A stretch of DNA of 62,051 bases from a virus. Taxonomy: Duplodnaviria; Caudoviricetes. The notes beneath the pieces were generated by a model that was not told the DNA's origin, ran no database searches, and was given only the letters and a program-made list of their open reading frames with translations. Positions 9,628 through 21,500 of this stretch are shown here, one piece after another (position 1 is the stretch's first letter; every line of letters begins with the position of its first letter). The stretch lies in IMG/VR virus record IMGVR_UViG_3300030098_005428, positions 1 to 62,051 of that record; one strand, given 5' to 3'. The translations under genes and the position numbers were made by a program.

Positions 9628-10280
9628 AAATATATATAGGACACGATTCAAAATACCCACAGGCAACTAGAGTTTGTAGGAAATCTATTGAGGATCATTC
9701 AGAAAAAGGAGAACATGAGATAAAATATTTAGATAAAAAATCATTAACAAAAGTTGGTGTATATGGTAGAAAAGATATTTCTGGAGAATCAACAGAATTT
9801 TCTTTTACTAGATTTTATGTTCCTTTATTATCTCACTATGATGGTATATCATTATTCTGTGATAACGATTTTGTTTGGAAATGTAATCCTAGTGAAATAG
9901 AGCAATATTTGAGAAATAAACCAGTAGCATGTGTAAAGCATAAATTAGAAAAATCTCCTAAATTAAAAATGGATGGTACACCTAATATTTTTTATCCTAG
10001 AAAATGCTGGAGTTCTTTAATGTTGTTTGATAATAGTAAACTTAAAAAATTATCTAAAGAATATTTAGACAAAGCATCTGCTCAAGAACTTCACCAATTT
10101 ATGTGGGTTGAAGATAAAGAAATAGGATCAATACCTTTAAAATACAATCATCTTGTGGGGTATTATAATAGTCATAAGTATATTAAAGCAATACATTATA
10201 CTAATGGCGGGCCTTGGTTTGAAAAGCATAAAGAAGGAGAATTATCTGAAGAATGGTGGAACGTATACAACAGCTTGTAA
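9624..10280 (+). CDS. GT-A (GT8-like) glycosyltransferase
   Basis: IYIGHD, STEFSFTRF, DND, WSSLMLF, IHYTNGGPW. Confidence 0.75.
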   Translation: MKIYIGHDSKYPQATRVCRKSIEDHSEKGEHEIKYLDKKSLTKVGVYGRKDISGESTEFSFTRFYVPLLSHYDGISLFCDNDFVWKCNPSEIEQYLRNKPVACVKHKLEKSPKLKMDGTPNIFYPRKCWSSLMLFDNSKLKKLSKEYLDKASAQELHQFMWVEDKEIGSIPLKYNHLVGYYNSHKYIKAIHYTNGGPWFEKHKEGELSEEWWNVYNSL

Positions 10281-11038
10281 AAAATAAGAGAGTAGTTTTT
10301 GTTGGTAACTCAGTAGAAATAATGAATCATAAATTAGCTGATAAAATTAACAGTTATGATATTGTGGTTCGTTTTGGAAGGGCAATAGAAGCAAATAAAC
10401 TACAAGAAGAATCTTTAGGCACAAAAGTAGATATGTGGGTGACAGGTCAGTTTAGGGCACCGTGCTATAATAGATTAAGAAAAGAATTTAAAGTTGGTAG
10501 ATTTAGAAATGTAGAAATACTAGTCAATAGATGTAGAGGAAACTTTATGTTAAAGGATTGGGTTTTTGAAGATCATTTACCTAAAGATATGCCACACACC
10601 CAAATGTATTCAGATCAGGAAATCACTGACATCATGAAGTCTTTTGACAAAGACATATTAAATCCCAATCATTTAAGGCCATCAGCAGGATTTTTAACAA
10701 TATTATGGTTTGTTAATAAAGTTAAGACACATAAAAGTTTAGACTTAATAGGTTTTGATTTTTTTGCTAAGACTGTTAAGCATAGAAGTGTTGATAAGCA
10801 AGGTGTTCTTAGCGCAGCAGATCCACATAGTTGGCATATGCCTGTATATATGATGCCTATGGGTGCTCATGATAGAGAACTAGAAAAAAGATATGTTTCT
10901 TTCTTAGAAAGAAGAGGTTTAGTTAATTGGCATATATTAAGTGACCTTAAACCAGGTAGTGTAAAATATAACCACTGGATGAAAGGTATTAAAAGAGTAA
11001 AATCTGCACCAAAGAAATCTAAAGTAAGTAAAATTTAA
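10253..11038 (+). CDS. GT29 (sialyltransferase-like) CMP-sugar glycosyltransferase
   Basis: VVFVGNS....L...I.S.DIVVR (sialylmotif-L-like), PSAG (S-like), GFDF, H....E (VS-like). Confidence 0.6.
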   Translation: MVERIQQLVKNKRVVFVGNSVEIMNHKLADKINSYDIVVRFGRAIEANKLQEESLGTKVDMWVTGQFRAPCYNRLRKEFKVGRFRNVEILVNRCRGNFMLKDWVFEDHLPKDMPHTQMYSDQEITDIMKSFDKDILNPNHLRPSAGFLTILWFVNKVKTHKSLDLIGFDFFAKTVKHRSVDKQGVLSAADPHSWHMPVYMMPMGAHDRELEKRYVSFLERRGLVNWHILSDLKPGSVKYNHWMKGIKRVKSAPKKSKVSKI

Positions 11039-11343
11039 ATCTTTCTTCTTCTTTCTATTAATCTTTTTTTCTTTTTACTCATCCCAACTCCTTCTTCTCT
11101 AATCTTCGAACTTAACTTCTTGTATCTTTTATCCCTTATTTTTCCAACTAGCTTTTTAGCACCTCTCTTCACTGCTCTAGCCCCTTTGGTAATTAAAGTT
11201 CCAATCGCTGTTCTACCAGTGGCTTTTCTTTTCACACCTCTAATTTCCCTTCCTGAGGTTTTACCCATATCACTAATCTTTCTATTTTTATTTTTACGTT
11301 TAAGTAAACCCTTACGGTTTCTTTTTGCTATTGATTTTCTCAT
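11035..11343 (-). CDS. Highly basic hypothetical protein
   Basis: K/R-rich 102 aa ORF converging on the + strand block. Confidence 0.55.
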   Translation of the reverse strand: MRKSIAKRNRKGLLKRKNKNRKISDMGKTSGREIRGVKRKATGRTAIGTLITKGARAVKRGAKKLVGKIRDKRYKKLSSKIREEGVGMSKKKKRLIERRRKI

Positions 11344-11353
11344 AATTTTAAAT

Positions 11354-11569
11354 TTATTTTTTTATTTTTTCAAAAGAACTTATCCCGAAGCAACCTAATG
11401 TAACCCATACAAATGAGTTATAAACTACTTCGTTTATAATAAGATCTTTATCTGCTATTAAACTTGTTAATAAATCAGCTATGGCAAATAATACCATAAC
11501 TATAAATGAGATAAACCCAACTAGATTTTTCTCATTAATATCGTTTTTGTCTTTAAATAATGCCCACAT
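11354..11569 (-). CDS. Small two-TM membrane protein (holin-like)
   Basis: Two hydrophobic segments and a basic C-terminus; start likely MWALF. Confidence 0.55.
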   Translation of the reverse strand: MWALFKDKNDINEKNLVGFISFIVMVLFAIADLLTSLIADKDLIINEVVYNSFVWVTLGCFGISSFEKIKK

Positions 11570-11570
11570 A

Positions 11571-12044
11571 TTAATTATTTTTCTTTTTACCACCACCAGA
11601 TGTTACTGGATTTCTAGATATAGGATTATCACCATTATTTGTTGTTCCTCTATTTACAGGCGCAAAGTTTTCTAATGGATGCCAATTATTATAAGGTTGA
11701 TTAATATAATTTGGTCGATCTACAAAAGCATGATTGGTATAATATCTATAATGATTATCATACACATGGTATCTTGTCCATGGATTATAATAAGGGTTAT
11801 TATATCCCCTTGTAAAATCATAACCAATCACGTTATATATTTGTGTTGGTTTAATATCTCTAATTGATACTTTAATAGTGTCTCCATTTTCAGTTAAAGC
11901 TAAAACATGTGTAACTTTAATTTGATTACTTTTATAAATCATGGGTGTACAACCAAATAAAGCACCTACTAATAATATTGATGCTAATATTGCTATTGTT
12001 ATTACTTTACCCCAATCTCTTTGTTCTTGTGTCATGTGTTCCAA
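11571..12044 (-). CDS. Putative lipoprotein
   Basis: Hydrophobic stretch ending LFGC; Y/N-rich tail. Confidence 0.55.
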   Translation of the reverse strand: MEHMTQEQRDWGKVITIAILASILLVGALFGCTPMIYKSNQIKVTHVLALTENGDTIKVSIRDIKPTQIYNVIGYDFTRGYNNPYYNPWTRYHVYDNHYRYYTNHAFVDRPNYINQPYNNWHPLENFAPVNRGTTNNGDNPISRNPVTSGGGKKKNN

Positions 12045-12790
12045 TATTTATAATTTTTAGGAAGATAATTATTATCTTTTATTTTAATTTTATTAAACTT
12101 AATATTTTTGTGTTGTATTAAATTATCAATACTACCTTTAAATTCTGGATGAGAATAATTATTTAATTTATCCTCAATCATTTTAGACTTCATAAAAAAT
12201 GTTAAATGCCAACCACCTTTATCCCAATCATAAACATCTATGTAATTAATTCTAAACTTATGCATTTGTAATAACGAATCAACAAACGCTTTATAATAAA
12301 ATATTTTTATACCAAAAGTTTTATGATACTTTAATTTACTGTGCTTATCATAACCACTGTATGCTAATGCTTTGTTTTTAATATTAAAGTAATATGTATC
12401 TTGAGCTGGTGATATAATTGGGTTAGGTAAACCTTGTTTTTTAAATTTAACTAACTCGTTAGCATCTGGTATTTCATCAATATCACTAGCAATAATAATA
12501 TCGTTATCTTTTGCTATACACCTTAACGCATGACCAGTAGCATTTCTTTGATATATCTCTCTAGACCAATGATTACCGTTCGGCATATCATCTAATATAA
12601 CGTAATCTATTTTGTGTAGATATTTATTAAATCTACTTTTATTTTTTTTAAAATACAATGGCTTGTCATTATTAGCAAAGCTCTTTGTTGCTTCAACTAA
12701 TATAAATCTATCTACAATATGATCAAGTTCTTTCAATCTAAACTCAAGCATATCAAGCTCATTATAGAACATAAATGTATCTATAATCAT
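12032..12790 (-). CDS. GT17-like glycosyltransferase
   Basis: IDTFMFYNELDML..RL.EL...VD.F...EA, RE.YQRN, SDIDEIP, GGWH. Confidence 0.8.
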   Translation of the reverse strand: MIIDTFMFYNELDMLEFRLKELDHIVDRFILVEATKSFANNDKPLYFKKNKSRFNKYLHKIDYVILDDMPNGNHWSREIYQRNATGHALRCIAKDNDIIIASDIDEIPDANELVKFKKQGLPNPIISPAQDTYYFNIKNKALAYSGYDKHSKLKYHKTFGIKIFYYKAFVDSLLQMHKFRINYIDVYDWDKGGWHLTFFMKSKMIEDKLNNYSHPEFKGSIDNLIQHKNIKFNKIKIKDNNYLPKNYKYWNT

Positions 12791-12804
12791 AAAATTTAAT
12801 TTAA

Positions 12805-12903
12805 TTATTTATTTTGATCGTTATAAATTTTTATTATAAGAAAGAAATACCAAAATATAGTACATATAAAAAATACTGTAAAATAAGGATTTTCTTCAAA
12901 CAT
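12805..12903 (-). CDS. Possible 32-aa single-TM peptide
   Basis: MFEENPYFTVFFICTIFWYFFLIIKIYNDQNK; start abuts the upstream stop. Confidence 0.35.
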   Translation of the reverse strand: MFEENPYFTVFFICTIFWYFFLIIKIYNDQNK

Positions 12904-12904
12904 A

Positions 12905-13360
12905 TTATATTACCTCATATACAGTCTTTCCGTTGCTCCTAGAAGCCCTTAGACATCTGTTTCTGTTAGTTTCTCTATCTACATAGCTAACATGCACCCA
13001 ATCAGGATTTTCATCGTCTCCGAACTCCCAAATCATTTGATCAAAATCAAGATTTTCTTTGATCCAATGGTACATTTGTGAATTAGTTCTATGACCAAAC
13101 ACATCATCTATATCCATTGCTTGTCCGTTACAATGTTGTGATTTTTTAGATCCACCAATTGCTTTGTTAAGTTCAGGTCCACGATAAAATGAATTTATCT
13201 TAATTGGACCACCAACATAAACTCTTAATGGTTCAAATACTTTTTTAGCTATCATTTGCATATTAAACAAATGGTCTTTACTTGGAGCGTTAGGTAAACC
13301 TAAACGCGCAGCAGTAGCACTAAAAGTTCCTTCTTTAAAACTTATATGTTCGCTTATCAT
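12905..13360 (-). CDS. Peptidase M15-family endolysin
   Basis: SFYR..ELN..IGG, SQH..GQAMDI, WVHVSY. Confidence 0.85.
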   Translation of the reverse strand: MISEHISFKEGTFSATAARLGLPNAPSKDHLFNMQMIAKKVFEPLRVYVGGPIKINSFYRGPELNKAIGGSKKSQHCNGQAMDIDDVFGHRTNSQMYHWIKENLDFDQMIWEFGDDENPDWVHVSYVDRETNRNRCLRASRSNGKTVYEVI

Positions 13361-13366
13361 TGTTTA

Positions 13367-13408
13367 TTATTTTATTTTACAAATACATATTGGGCAAAAT
13401 GGGCACAT
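13367..13408 (-). CDS. Possible 13-aa Cys-rich micropeptide MCPFCPICICKIK
   Basis: ATG 3 nt after the upstream stop; fills the intergenic gap. Confidence 0.3.
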   Translation of the reverse strand: MCPFCPICICKIK

Positions 13409-13411
13409 AAT

Positions 13412-13810
13412 TTAAAATTTATCTCCTACAAGCTCATCAATAACAGCTTGTATTTCTTTAATATCTACATCAAGTTTTAACATTAAACCTGGTAAAAATC
13501 TTTTTATTTCTTTTCCATTGTGGTATATCACTATTGTTGGCACAGCCATAACATTATGTTTTGTCATAAGACCAGGATCTTGAGACATATCAACTCTATA
13601 CTTTTTACAATCATATATTTTTTTTAAGTTAACTTCATTTACAGAATTAAAGCTAGCCCAAAATTCTACTACTACAATACCTTGTTTTGTTTTTTTATCA
13701 TAATCATCAACATGTAAAAAGTCTTGTGATTTTGCGCTCAAAACCATCATAAATATAAAACCCAAAATAGCGGCGCATGTTTTAAATACAATTCCTTTTT
13801 TAATTTTCAT
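13412..13810 (-). CDS. Exported thioredoxin-fold protein lacking CxxC
   Basis: Signal peptide; VVVEFWASFN where WCxxC is expected; VMAVPTI cis-Pro motif; NGKE. Confidence 0.65.
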   Translation of the reverse strand: MKIKKGIVFKTCAAILGFIFMMVLSAKSQDFLHVDDYDKKTKQGIVVVEFWASFNSVNEVNLKKIYDCKKYRVDMSQDPGLMTKHNVMAVPTIVIYHNGKEIKRFLPGLMLKLDVDIKEIQAVIDELVGDKF

Positions 13811-14187
13811 CGGTCTCTCTTTTTTGCTAATTCAATTTTAATTTCTTCTATATCTTCTTCCATTTCTTCAACTTTCTTAACAAGTTGATCTAATGTCATT
13901 CTACTCATTTGATCCTTCATGTTAAATTCAACTCTTGTTGGTGGATATGTGTTTAATGCTTGTGGATCACCTTGGTCAATTATATATGTACCTGTACCAA
14001 CTTTAGGTAGTTCCTTAGCTAATTGTATTTCTTCCATTATTTGATAGTAAAACATAGTTCCTGCTACAATTGCAGCAACAACCATACCAATTGCCCGTAA
14101 ATTAATTTTAAAATCTGGTTTACCGTCACCATCAACATCTAAACCAATTTGAGTATCTTCACCTAAAGTTGTTAAATCTTTTGCCAT
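13807..14187 (-). CDS. Membrane-anchored hypothetical protein with C-terminal coiled coil
   Basis: DVDGDGKPD acidic loop, one TM, heptad-rich C-terminus. Confidence 0.6.
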   Translation of the reverse strand: MAKDLTTLGEDTQIGLDVDGDGKPDFKINLRAIGMVVAAIVAGTMFYYQIMEEIQLAKELPKVGTGTYIIDQGDPQALNTYPPTRVEFNMKDQMSRMTLDQLVKKVEEMEEDIEEIKIELAKKRDR

Positions 14188-15278
14188 TATCTAAAGTTTA
14201 TATTAAATCCCACTTTTGCGTTATAAATTTTCTTATCCCATAATTTAGAATATTCACCTTCAGCAAACAAACCAAACCATTTTTTTATTTTTAATCCCAT
14301 TACTAAACCAACTTGATAATCTGTCCAGTTCTTACCACCATCTTGTTGGTAATATTGTTCGTATCCAAAATCTTTATTACCTGATATTTGACCGTGAAAA
14401 GGCATTATACTTAAGTAGTTATGAAACCAAAAATTATCGGTATAATGATAAAAATCAATTCCCATAACAGCAGATAAATAACCCATTCTACCTATCTCAG
14501 AAAATATTTCACCATTATATCTGTTTACTAAATCTTTGTAAATATGTCTTCTAAATTCACCATCTGAATCAGCAACTTTATTACCATTTGCATCTTCCCA
14601 ATACCAATCAATTTCTCTATCAGGATCTCCATCCACCCAATATCCATAATCAGAATATTCATAATCACGTGCTAGATCCCACCAGTTTACAGTATCTGGT
14701 CTTAGGTACTCTTCTATAGGGTTAAGTCCAAAAACCTTATCAGATGTTCTATAAATCGCACCCATAGATAAGTTTAATTTTTCTCCTAATTTAGCTCTAA
14801 CCCTTACGTCAGCAGCTGAATAATTAAAATTAATTGCACCTTCTTCTCTTACTTCTCCTTTAATTATATACCAAGGACCTAAGTATCTTAAGAAGTATCT
14901 TTGATTATTAAACTCACGACCCATACGTCTAGCCCAATCGTAATTAAACAACCATTCCCAATTATCAACATTTCCTACTCCAGCTGATAAAGTAACTTGT
15001 TTTTCACCTCCATCATAAAAAGCGTTTTGTCTATTTTCGTAATCAAATCTAGCAAGCTTTCTCCAACCTATTGAATATCTATAATCAAATTTAGGTTCTC
15101 TTGTGATGTCCCTTACTTCACCCTCTTGTGTTACGTAAAATTCTTTTCTATCGTCTATTAAAGGCATAGATATATTACCTGATGTATATATAGTTGAATA
15201 TTTAAATATTTTTTTAAAAAACTGTGCATTAGCATTCAGACTAATGAACATAAAAATAAACATTAATAATTTTTTCAT
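14187..15278 (-). CDS. Putative outer-membrane beta-barrel protein
   Basis: Signal peptide MKKLL...ANAQ; alternating aromatic strands; C-terminal KVGFNINFR beta-signal-like. Confidence 0.6.
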   Translation of the reverse strand: MKKLLMFIFMFISLNANAQFFKKIFKYSTIYTSGNISMPLIDDRKEFYVTQEGEVRDITREPKFDYRYSIGWRKLARFDYENRQNAFYDGGEKQVTLSAGVGNVDNWEWLFNYDWARRMGREFNNQRYFLRYLGPWYIIKGEVREEGAINFNYSAADVRVRAKLGEKLNLSMGAIYRTSDKVFGLNPIEEYLRPDTVNWWDLARDYEYSDYGYWVDGDPDREIDWYWEDANGNKVADSDGEFRRHIYKDLVNRYNGEIFSEIGRMGYLSAVMGIDFYHYTDNFWFHNYLSIMPFHGQISGNKDFGYEQYYQQDGGKNWTDYQVGLVMGLKIKKWFGLFAEGEYSKLWDKKIYNAKVGFNINFR

Positions 15279-15571
15279 TGTGTTCCTTTTATAAAATCCC
15301 AAACATGTTTTCCGATTAAACTAAATACACCAAAACCTAAAGCATTTCTCCACTTTATAGTTTCTTTTCTAAAATTTGAATTTTCTTTTACTTCTGTCCA
15401 TATTCCCTCTTTTGGATCAAAGAGATTGTTCTTGATAAAACGTAGGTCATCTTTTACCTCATCATGGGCAGTTCTGTTGTCTTTTTTAATTTTTTCTACC
15501 TCTGTAAATATTTGCTCTATTTGATATTCTACAAGCTTTAATATTTCTTTAGTTGTTTGATTTTTATTCAT
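15275..15571 (-). CDS. Hypothetical coiled-coil protein with C-terminal hydrophobic segment
   Basis: Coupled ORF. Confidence 0.55.
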   Translation of the reverse strand: MNKNQTTKEILKLVEYQIEQIFTEVEKIKKDNRTAHDEVKDDLRFIKNNLFDPKEGIWTEVKENSNFRKETIKWRNALGFGVFSLIGKHVWDFIKGTQ

Positions 15572-18500
15572 CTATTCCTAAATCTTTTAGTAATTGCTCG
15601 TATTCATTTACTGCACTACTTTTCTTTTGTTTTTTCTTATTTTTGATAGCATCGCGTTTTCTATTTGGTATACCAACGTTCCACGTGTTCCAACCTAACA
15701 TAGTTGCTATTCTTTGCCAAGCTTCATTTCTATCATCTAAAGCAGCTCGAACATTGTTTACTTTTTTAATTACCCTATCTAATGGTATATTAGTTGTTCC
15801 TGCTGTTATCTGGCCTAAAGCTAACCAAGCTGGATTATCAATGTCAGGTCCCATTTCGTTAATTGCATCCTTATTATATTTATATGTTTGAGTAGCACCA
15901 TATATTTGTCTAGCTTTAATACCAACTGGTGGAGAAATATTTAAAGCTTGAACCATAACCTCTGCATAATCTGAATTCCAATCTTTTTGATTTTGCTCAC
16001 CAAACTCTATTATCATATTTTTAAGTGTAGATATAGTAGCACCTCTTATACCCAACCCTCTTAATATAGTATCACTCATACTATTAATGGTATTAATCTT
16101 TTTACTTAAATATTTATCATCTTCACCCTCGCCCTCATCTGGATCAAATATCATTGCGAATAAAGCATTTTGCATAGAAGAGAACATAAAGTTTTGAACA
16201 GCACCATAATATATTATTTTAGATATATTAGTTCTATGATCACCTCTATTGTTAACTAAGTCTAAATATGATTTCTTCATCAACCTGTTATACTGCGCTG
16301 GTGTATTACCAAAAGCTAATATTAACCTACCTAAAGGACTTGCTTGCTCAGCTGACAACATGTGTTCTCTTGCTGACTGTTGAGATGCTTCTGTAATCTC
16401 CTGAAAATCTAACCAAGCTTTTTTCTGAGCCTCTTTTAAACTTAATCCTTGTTTAGTATATGTGTTTATTCTATTTCTGTACATACTAGCACCACCAAAA
16501 GCTATAGCAAAACTATCTGCCATTTGCGTAGGTAAAAATCCTTTTCTTAATAAATACTGTATCGCTGCTCTAGCTTTATCACCACTCTTTTGTACCGCTG
16601 TTGCTAATTCGTTTGCTGTTACTTCAAAAGCCAAATTGGTTCTTCTTTGTTTTAACATGTCAGATTGAAATATATAAACAAAATCTTTCCAAAACTGTGG
16701 TTGGTTTGCAAATGCTGCACCGGCTTTTATAGGATTATTATCACTCCAATTAACATAGTTTATAGCTGATATTGTTTGTAAAACAGCTGATCTTGTATTT
16801 AAAAACATCGTTGTTCCAATGGAACCGTTAATAAATTGATTAAAATTATTTACAAATTTATGACCACTATCTGGGCTCATACGCCCATTTTCCATTCTAT
16901 ATAAAACATCTGTTAAAGCATCTTTAAAATTAGTACCGTAATTAGCTTGTATAACTCGTAATGTTTGTGCATCAAAAACTAAATCTTTATTTCTAATCCA
17001 ATTTGTTAAAAACATTTTTCTATATTCATCACCTATGTTTCTAAAGTCTTGTCCTATAGTACCTGTAACCCACCATTCAGTTGGTTGAACATAACCAGCA
17101 TCTAATTTCGTTATTTGACCTAGTTCGTTTGCAAAGTCAACTAAGTTTGGATCTGATGTTACAATACCGTTTAAATTTCTTAAATCTCTTTTAGATATAC
17201 CAGGAATTGCTATGCCATTTTTATCCCACAAGAATACTCTCAATGCTGATTCATAGGTAAAACCACCATATCCAGTATCTTTTTTTAATATCTTTACTAC
17301 ATCTTTATGTTTATTTTTTAATGTTCTATAGCTATCAACTAAAGTTTGTTTAGCGGTATCAACATCTCTCATAGCCTTACTATATGGTCTTATTAATGTT
17401 TTTACTAACCATTCTTTATGAGCATCTCCTTGCTTTCCTTTACCCATAAATTGATATAATAATCCTAAGAAATCATCAGCTGATGGAGGCATAAGACTAA
17501 ACTCATCAGCGACTACACCCCTTGCTTCCGCTTGAGCACCCGATATATTATCAAATACATTTACACCTTTAGATTCAAATAATATTTGTCTAAACTCTTC
17601 GTTCATTTGTTCACTAAAGTTTGTTCCAGCTTGTTGTACTTCTGAATCGATATCTAACCAGCTTATTAAATTATTTGCTGCGTCAATTACACCACTGTGA
17701 TCATCATATACTCCAAAATCATTATATCCTTCAGCTGCTTTACTAAGTAACCACTGTGCTTTTGCTTGTGGTGTTCCATCTTGTAGTGTGATAATATTAT
17801 CTAATTTAATATCAAATCCCATACCTCTCATGAAATTATATATATTATTTTTAGCTTCATGAGATCTTGCGGTTACAATAAATATATCATTCCATCCTTT
17901 TTTACCAGCTCTTGCTTTAGCCATATCAAAGAATGGTCCTTTTTCTGCGTTGATAATATCATTAAATTCAGTGAAATCAAATGTAGCGCCCATTGCAATT
18001 AAATCAGTTGCTTGTTCCGCAAAATCAGCACCATCTATTCTGGTTTCAGTGCCATCAGGCATTATAACCTTAATTTTTTCTGTAGTATTTAATAATGTAA
18101 AATCAAGATCAAACATTGATATTCCTTTTCTTTTTGCCTTAGGATCATTTGCTATATTTCTTGCTTTATCTATTACTTTAAATATTTCAATTTGCTCTTC
18201 AACACTTTCATTACCTGTTAGTACGGATTTATAGAAATTCTTTTCACGAGTAATTTCATTTAATGCTCTATTTCTTTTTGATTTTTGTTCCAATGCTAAC
18301 ATTCTTGTTTGAAAATCAATTATAACTTCACTCATTGGCCTACCATCATAACCATAAATATTTTCTTGTTGTTCTTTTGATAGTAATTTTACCACCCTAT
18401 ATATATTATCAGGGTTTATCTTAAGTGTTTTAAAGCCAGTTTCTGGATTAGTATCTAATATATCAGCAATTTCACCACTTGTTAATAATTGCGTATGAAC

Positions 18501-21500
18501 TAAAAATATTTTTTCTAATTCCGTTTGAATGTCCATGTTAGGATCTTCTAGTGATCTAAAAGCAACCTCGGCAATACCAGCCATTGTGAGAGAGTTTGCG
18601 CCCATGTGCTCACCGTAGTTTTTTATATCAGCATTAATGAATTTTTTAATTCTATAATTAAAATATTCTTCTCTTGAAACCTTAACGCGTTTCTTGTTTT
18701 TTACAATTGTGAGCTCTTTAATTTTTTCATTACGTCCAGCAAGTATATCATCTATTTCTTTATTTACTTGTGGTATATATTTATTTTTTATATCTTCGTA
18801 TCTTGAATTTTCTTCGTTTACAGCTTGCGAACCTTCTCTTATTTCTATAAAATCTAATGCAGATAATCCCTTTATACCACCAACCGCATTACTTTGAACT
18901 TGTAATAAATCTAAAAACTCTACTTTAGTAATTCCATTTGGATCCTTAAGTAAATTAATTAAATCTGTCGTAAGAGCCTTTGCAACTTCAATATTAACTC
19001 TATTTGCCTCTTCTATTTCAGGTGCTAATTCTTTTAACTTAGCTAATTTTTCAGTTTTACTTGTTAATTTTAATATTTTTTGAACATCTTTATATAATTT
19101 AAATCTAGTGTTCATTAATCTCATGCCAGTAAGATCCACACCATCTTTATATTTTACTTTTTTTATTTTATTTATTAATTTATCTCTATCTTTTCTAAAC
19201 GGTCCAGGGTTTTCTTTAGAGCCTGGGTCCAATGCTCTTTTTATATACCCGAACGTTTCTAAGAATTTAATTATTTTTGTTTCAGCGGTGGTTCCTTCGT
19301 AAACATCAATTATACCATAACCATATCTTTCTAACAATCTATCAATTACTTTTACACTTGCTTTTTGTACATTTTTTAATGCCTTCATGTTTGTACGTAA
19401 TGATTTTGTAGGTTGAGCGTCAATGTATTTGTTTCTTTCTACAAGTTTACCATAGTTTCTGTTGATAGTACCATCAAACTCAGAGACTTTAGTGTTAGCA
19501 TATATAACCGCTTTAACTACAAACGGGTGGTACTCTAGTGATTTTTTTTGAAACTTAGCACTTTCAATACCTTTAGTTGTATTAAGATAACTAGTTAATT
19601 CTTTAGCTTGTTTATTAACGTCATCTGGAGTAATATCTGTTGGTATTGTACTAAAGCCGCCAAATTTTTCCATAAACACAACATCAGTGTCTTTATCTAT
19701 TGATGTTGCAATTCTACCAATTAACTCACTAGTTTTTAACTCTTCATATTCTTCTAAATCACGAGTTGTTTGAATTTTGTTTACAACATCAGGATCATTT
19801 AATAAAGAAGCCAATCCCTCAAATCTTAACTGTACTTCTATTTCTTTCATTAATTTATCCCACCTTGTATCACCAGTTGTATTTGTTTTTTTATAACCTG
19901 ATTCATCTACTATCGCAGCAACTTTTCCTTCATATTCTCCTAGAAAATAATTTACCCAGTCATCTGCGGTAATATCTTTTGCTTCAAACTGCCAATCATT
20001 ACCTATACGTATATGTTTTCCGTTCTCATCTAGCTTAGGTTGTTTAAGATCTTGAAAGTTTTTGTTTAATACTTTTTGTGGTAAGTTAGGAAATATTGTT
20101 GAGAATTTATCTCTAAGCCATTTCTCTCTTAAATCAATTCTCGCTAAACCATTAATTTGTTTTTGAGTTAATTTCTTTTTTCTTTTCTCGTTAATTTGAT
20201 TAACTTTAGATTTAAATTTATTAGAATTAATATATGTGTTGTATTGTTCTTCTGTGTATTGTAAGTTTTCAACAATTGGATTTAAGTAAGAACTATAAAG
20301 ATTTTTCATTTTAGTATAAAATCCTTTAAAGTCTGGTATTAATTTTGCTTTGTTTTTTACCTCATCTTTAATTAACTCAGCATCTTCATCGGTGATTAAA
20401 GTTCTAAATGGTGGTGTTTTCTTTTCTATAAAATCAAATCCTTCAGGTTCAACAGGAAGTAGTTGTGGTTCTTTTGGTGTTAACTCACCTAAATATACTT
20501 GTGTTGTTACCTTACCACTTTTTAAAGCATCCATTGCTCTATTCGTTAAATTACGTCTTATATATGAAAAGAAATTATCATTAACATTTGGATCAAATGC
20601 TTTATCACCCCATATAAATTGACTAATACCTCGCATTTTACCAGTCTCCTCATTTACACCATACAGTGTTTCTTTAACAAATTCTTGCATATCAAAACCT
20701 GGTAAATCAACCCAACGAATACCACTTGCTCTAGTTCTATATGCTTCTTTTTGTATTATCTCAGAAAATAACTCATTAATTTTTTCTAAGTTTTGTAAAT
20801 CAGGTGTATACGCTTCATTTATTTTTGCTTCGTACTCCTTTTCAAATGTTTCAGAGAAAGCAGTTTCATCTTCAGATAACTCTTCAAGTTGTTTTTTATC
20901 CAACAAAGGCATATCTAAAAACTCTAATTTTGGTAATGGTTTATTAATATGTGATCCTGCTGTAAGAAAATTAATAAAATTACTACCATCAACTGTATTT
21001 ATTGATTTCGTTCTAGGTCTATAAAGCCCAAACCATTTTTTTACTCCATCAGCTATTTTGTCAAATGACGATATTGTTTGAAAATTACCTTCTTGTAATT
21101 GTAAAAGAGCTGCAACATCACCTAAGTTGGTTATATATTCTTCTATTCCTTTTCTTGAATTTCTATTTAATTTTCTTCGTGCTCCCTTACCAAAGTATCT
21201 TTGTTCACTTAACTGTGCTATTGTTAATAATTTAGCTATGAATGGATCGTTTTTTGCAGCTTCTTTTAATCCACTTTCTAAATCTTTTTTAAATTTTCTA
21301 AGTTCTTCTAAACTAGCTCTACGCATACTAACATGTAACGCACCATGACTTAAACCATTAAATGCAAAGAGATCTCCTTTATCAATAAGATCATAAGCAT
21401 TACCTTTAATTACGTACAAAGCGTTAGGTGTTGTAGCTTCTACATTACCAACCTGAAATAAACCCTCATATGCTACATTAATATTAGATTCATATGATCC

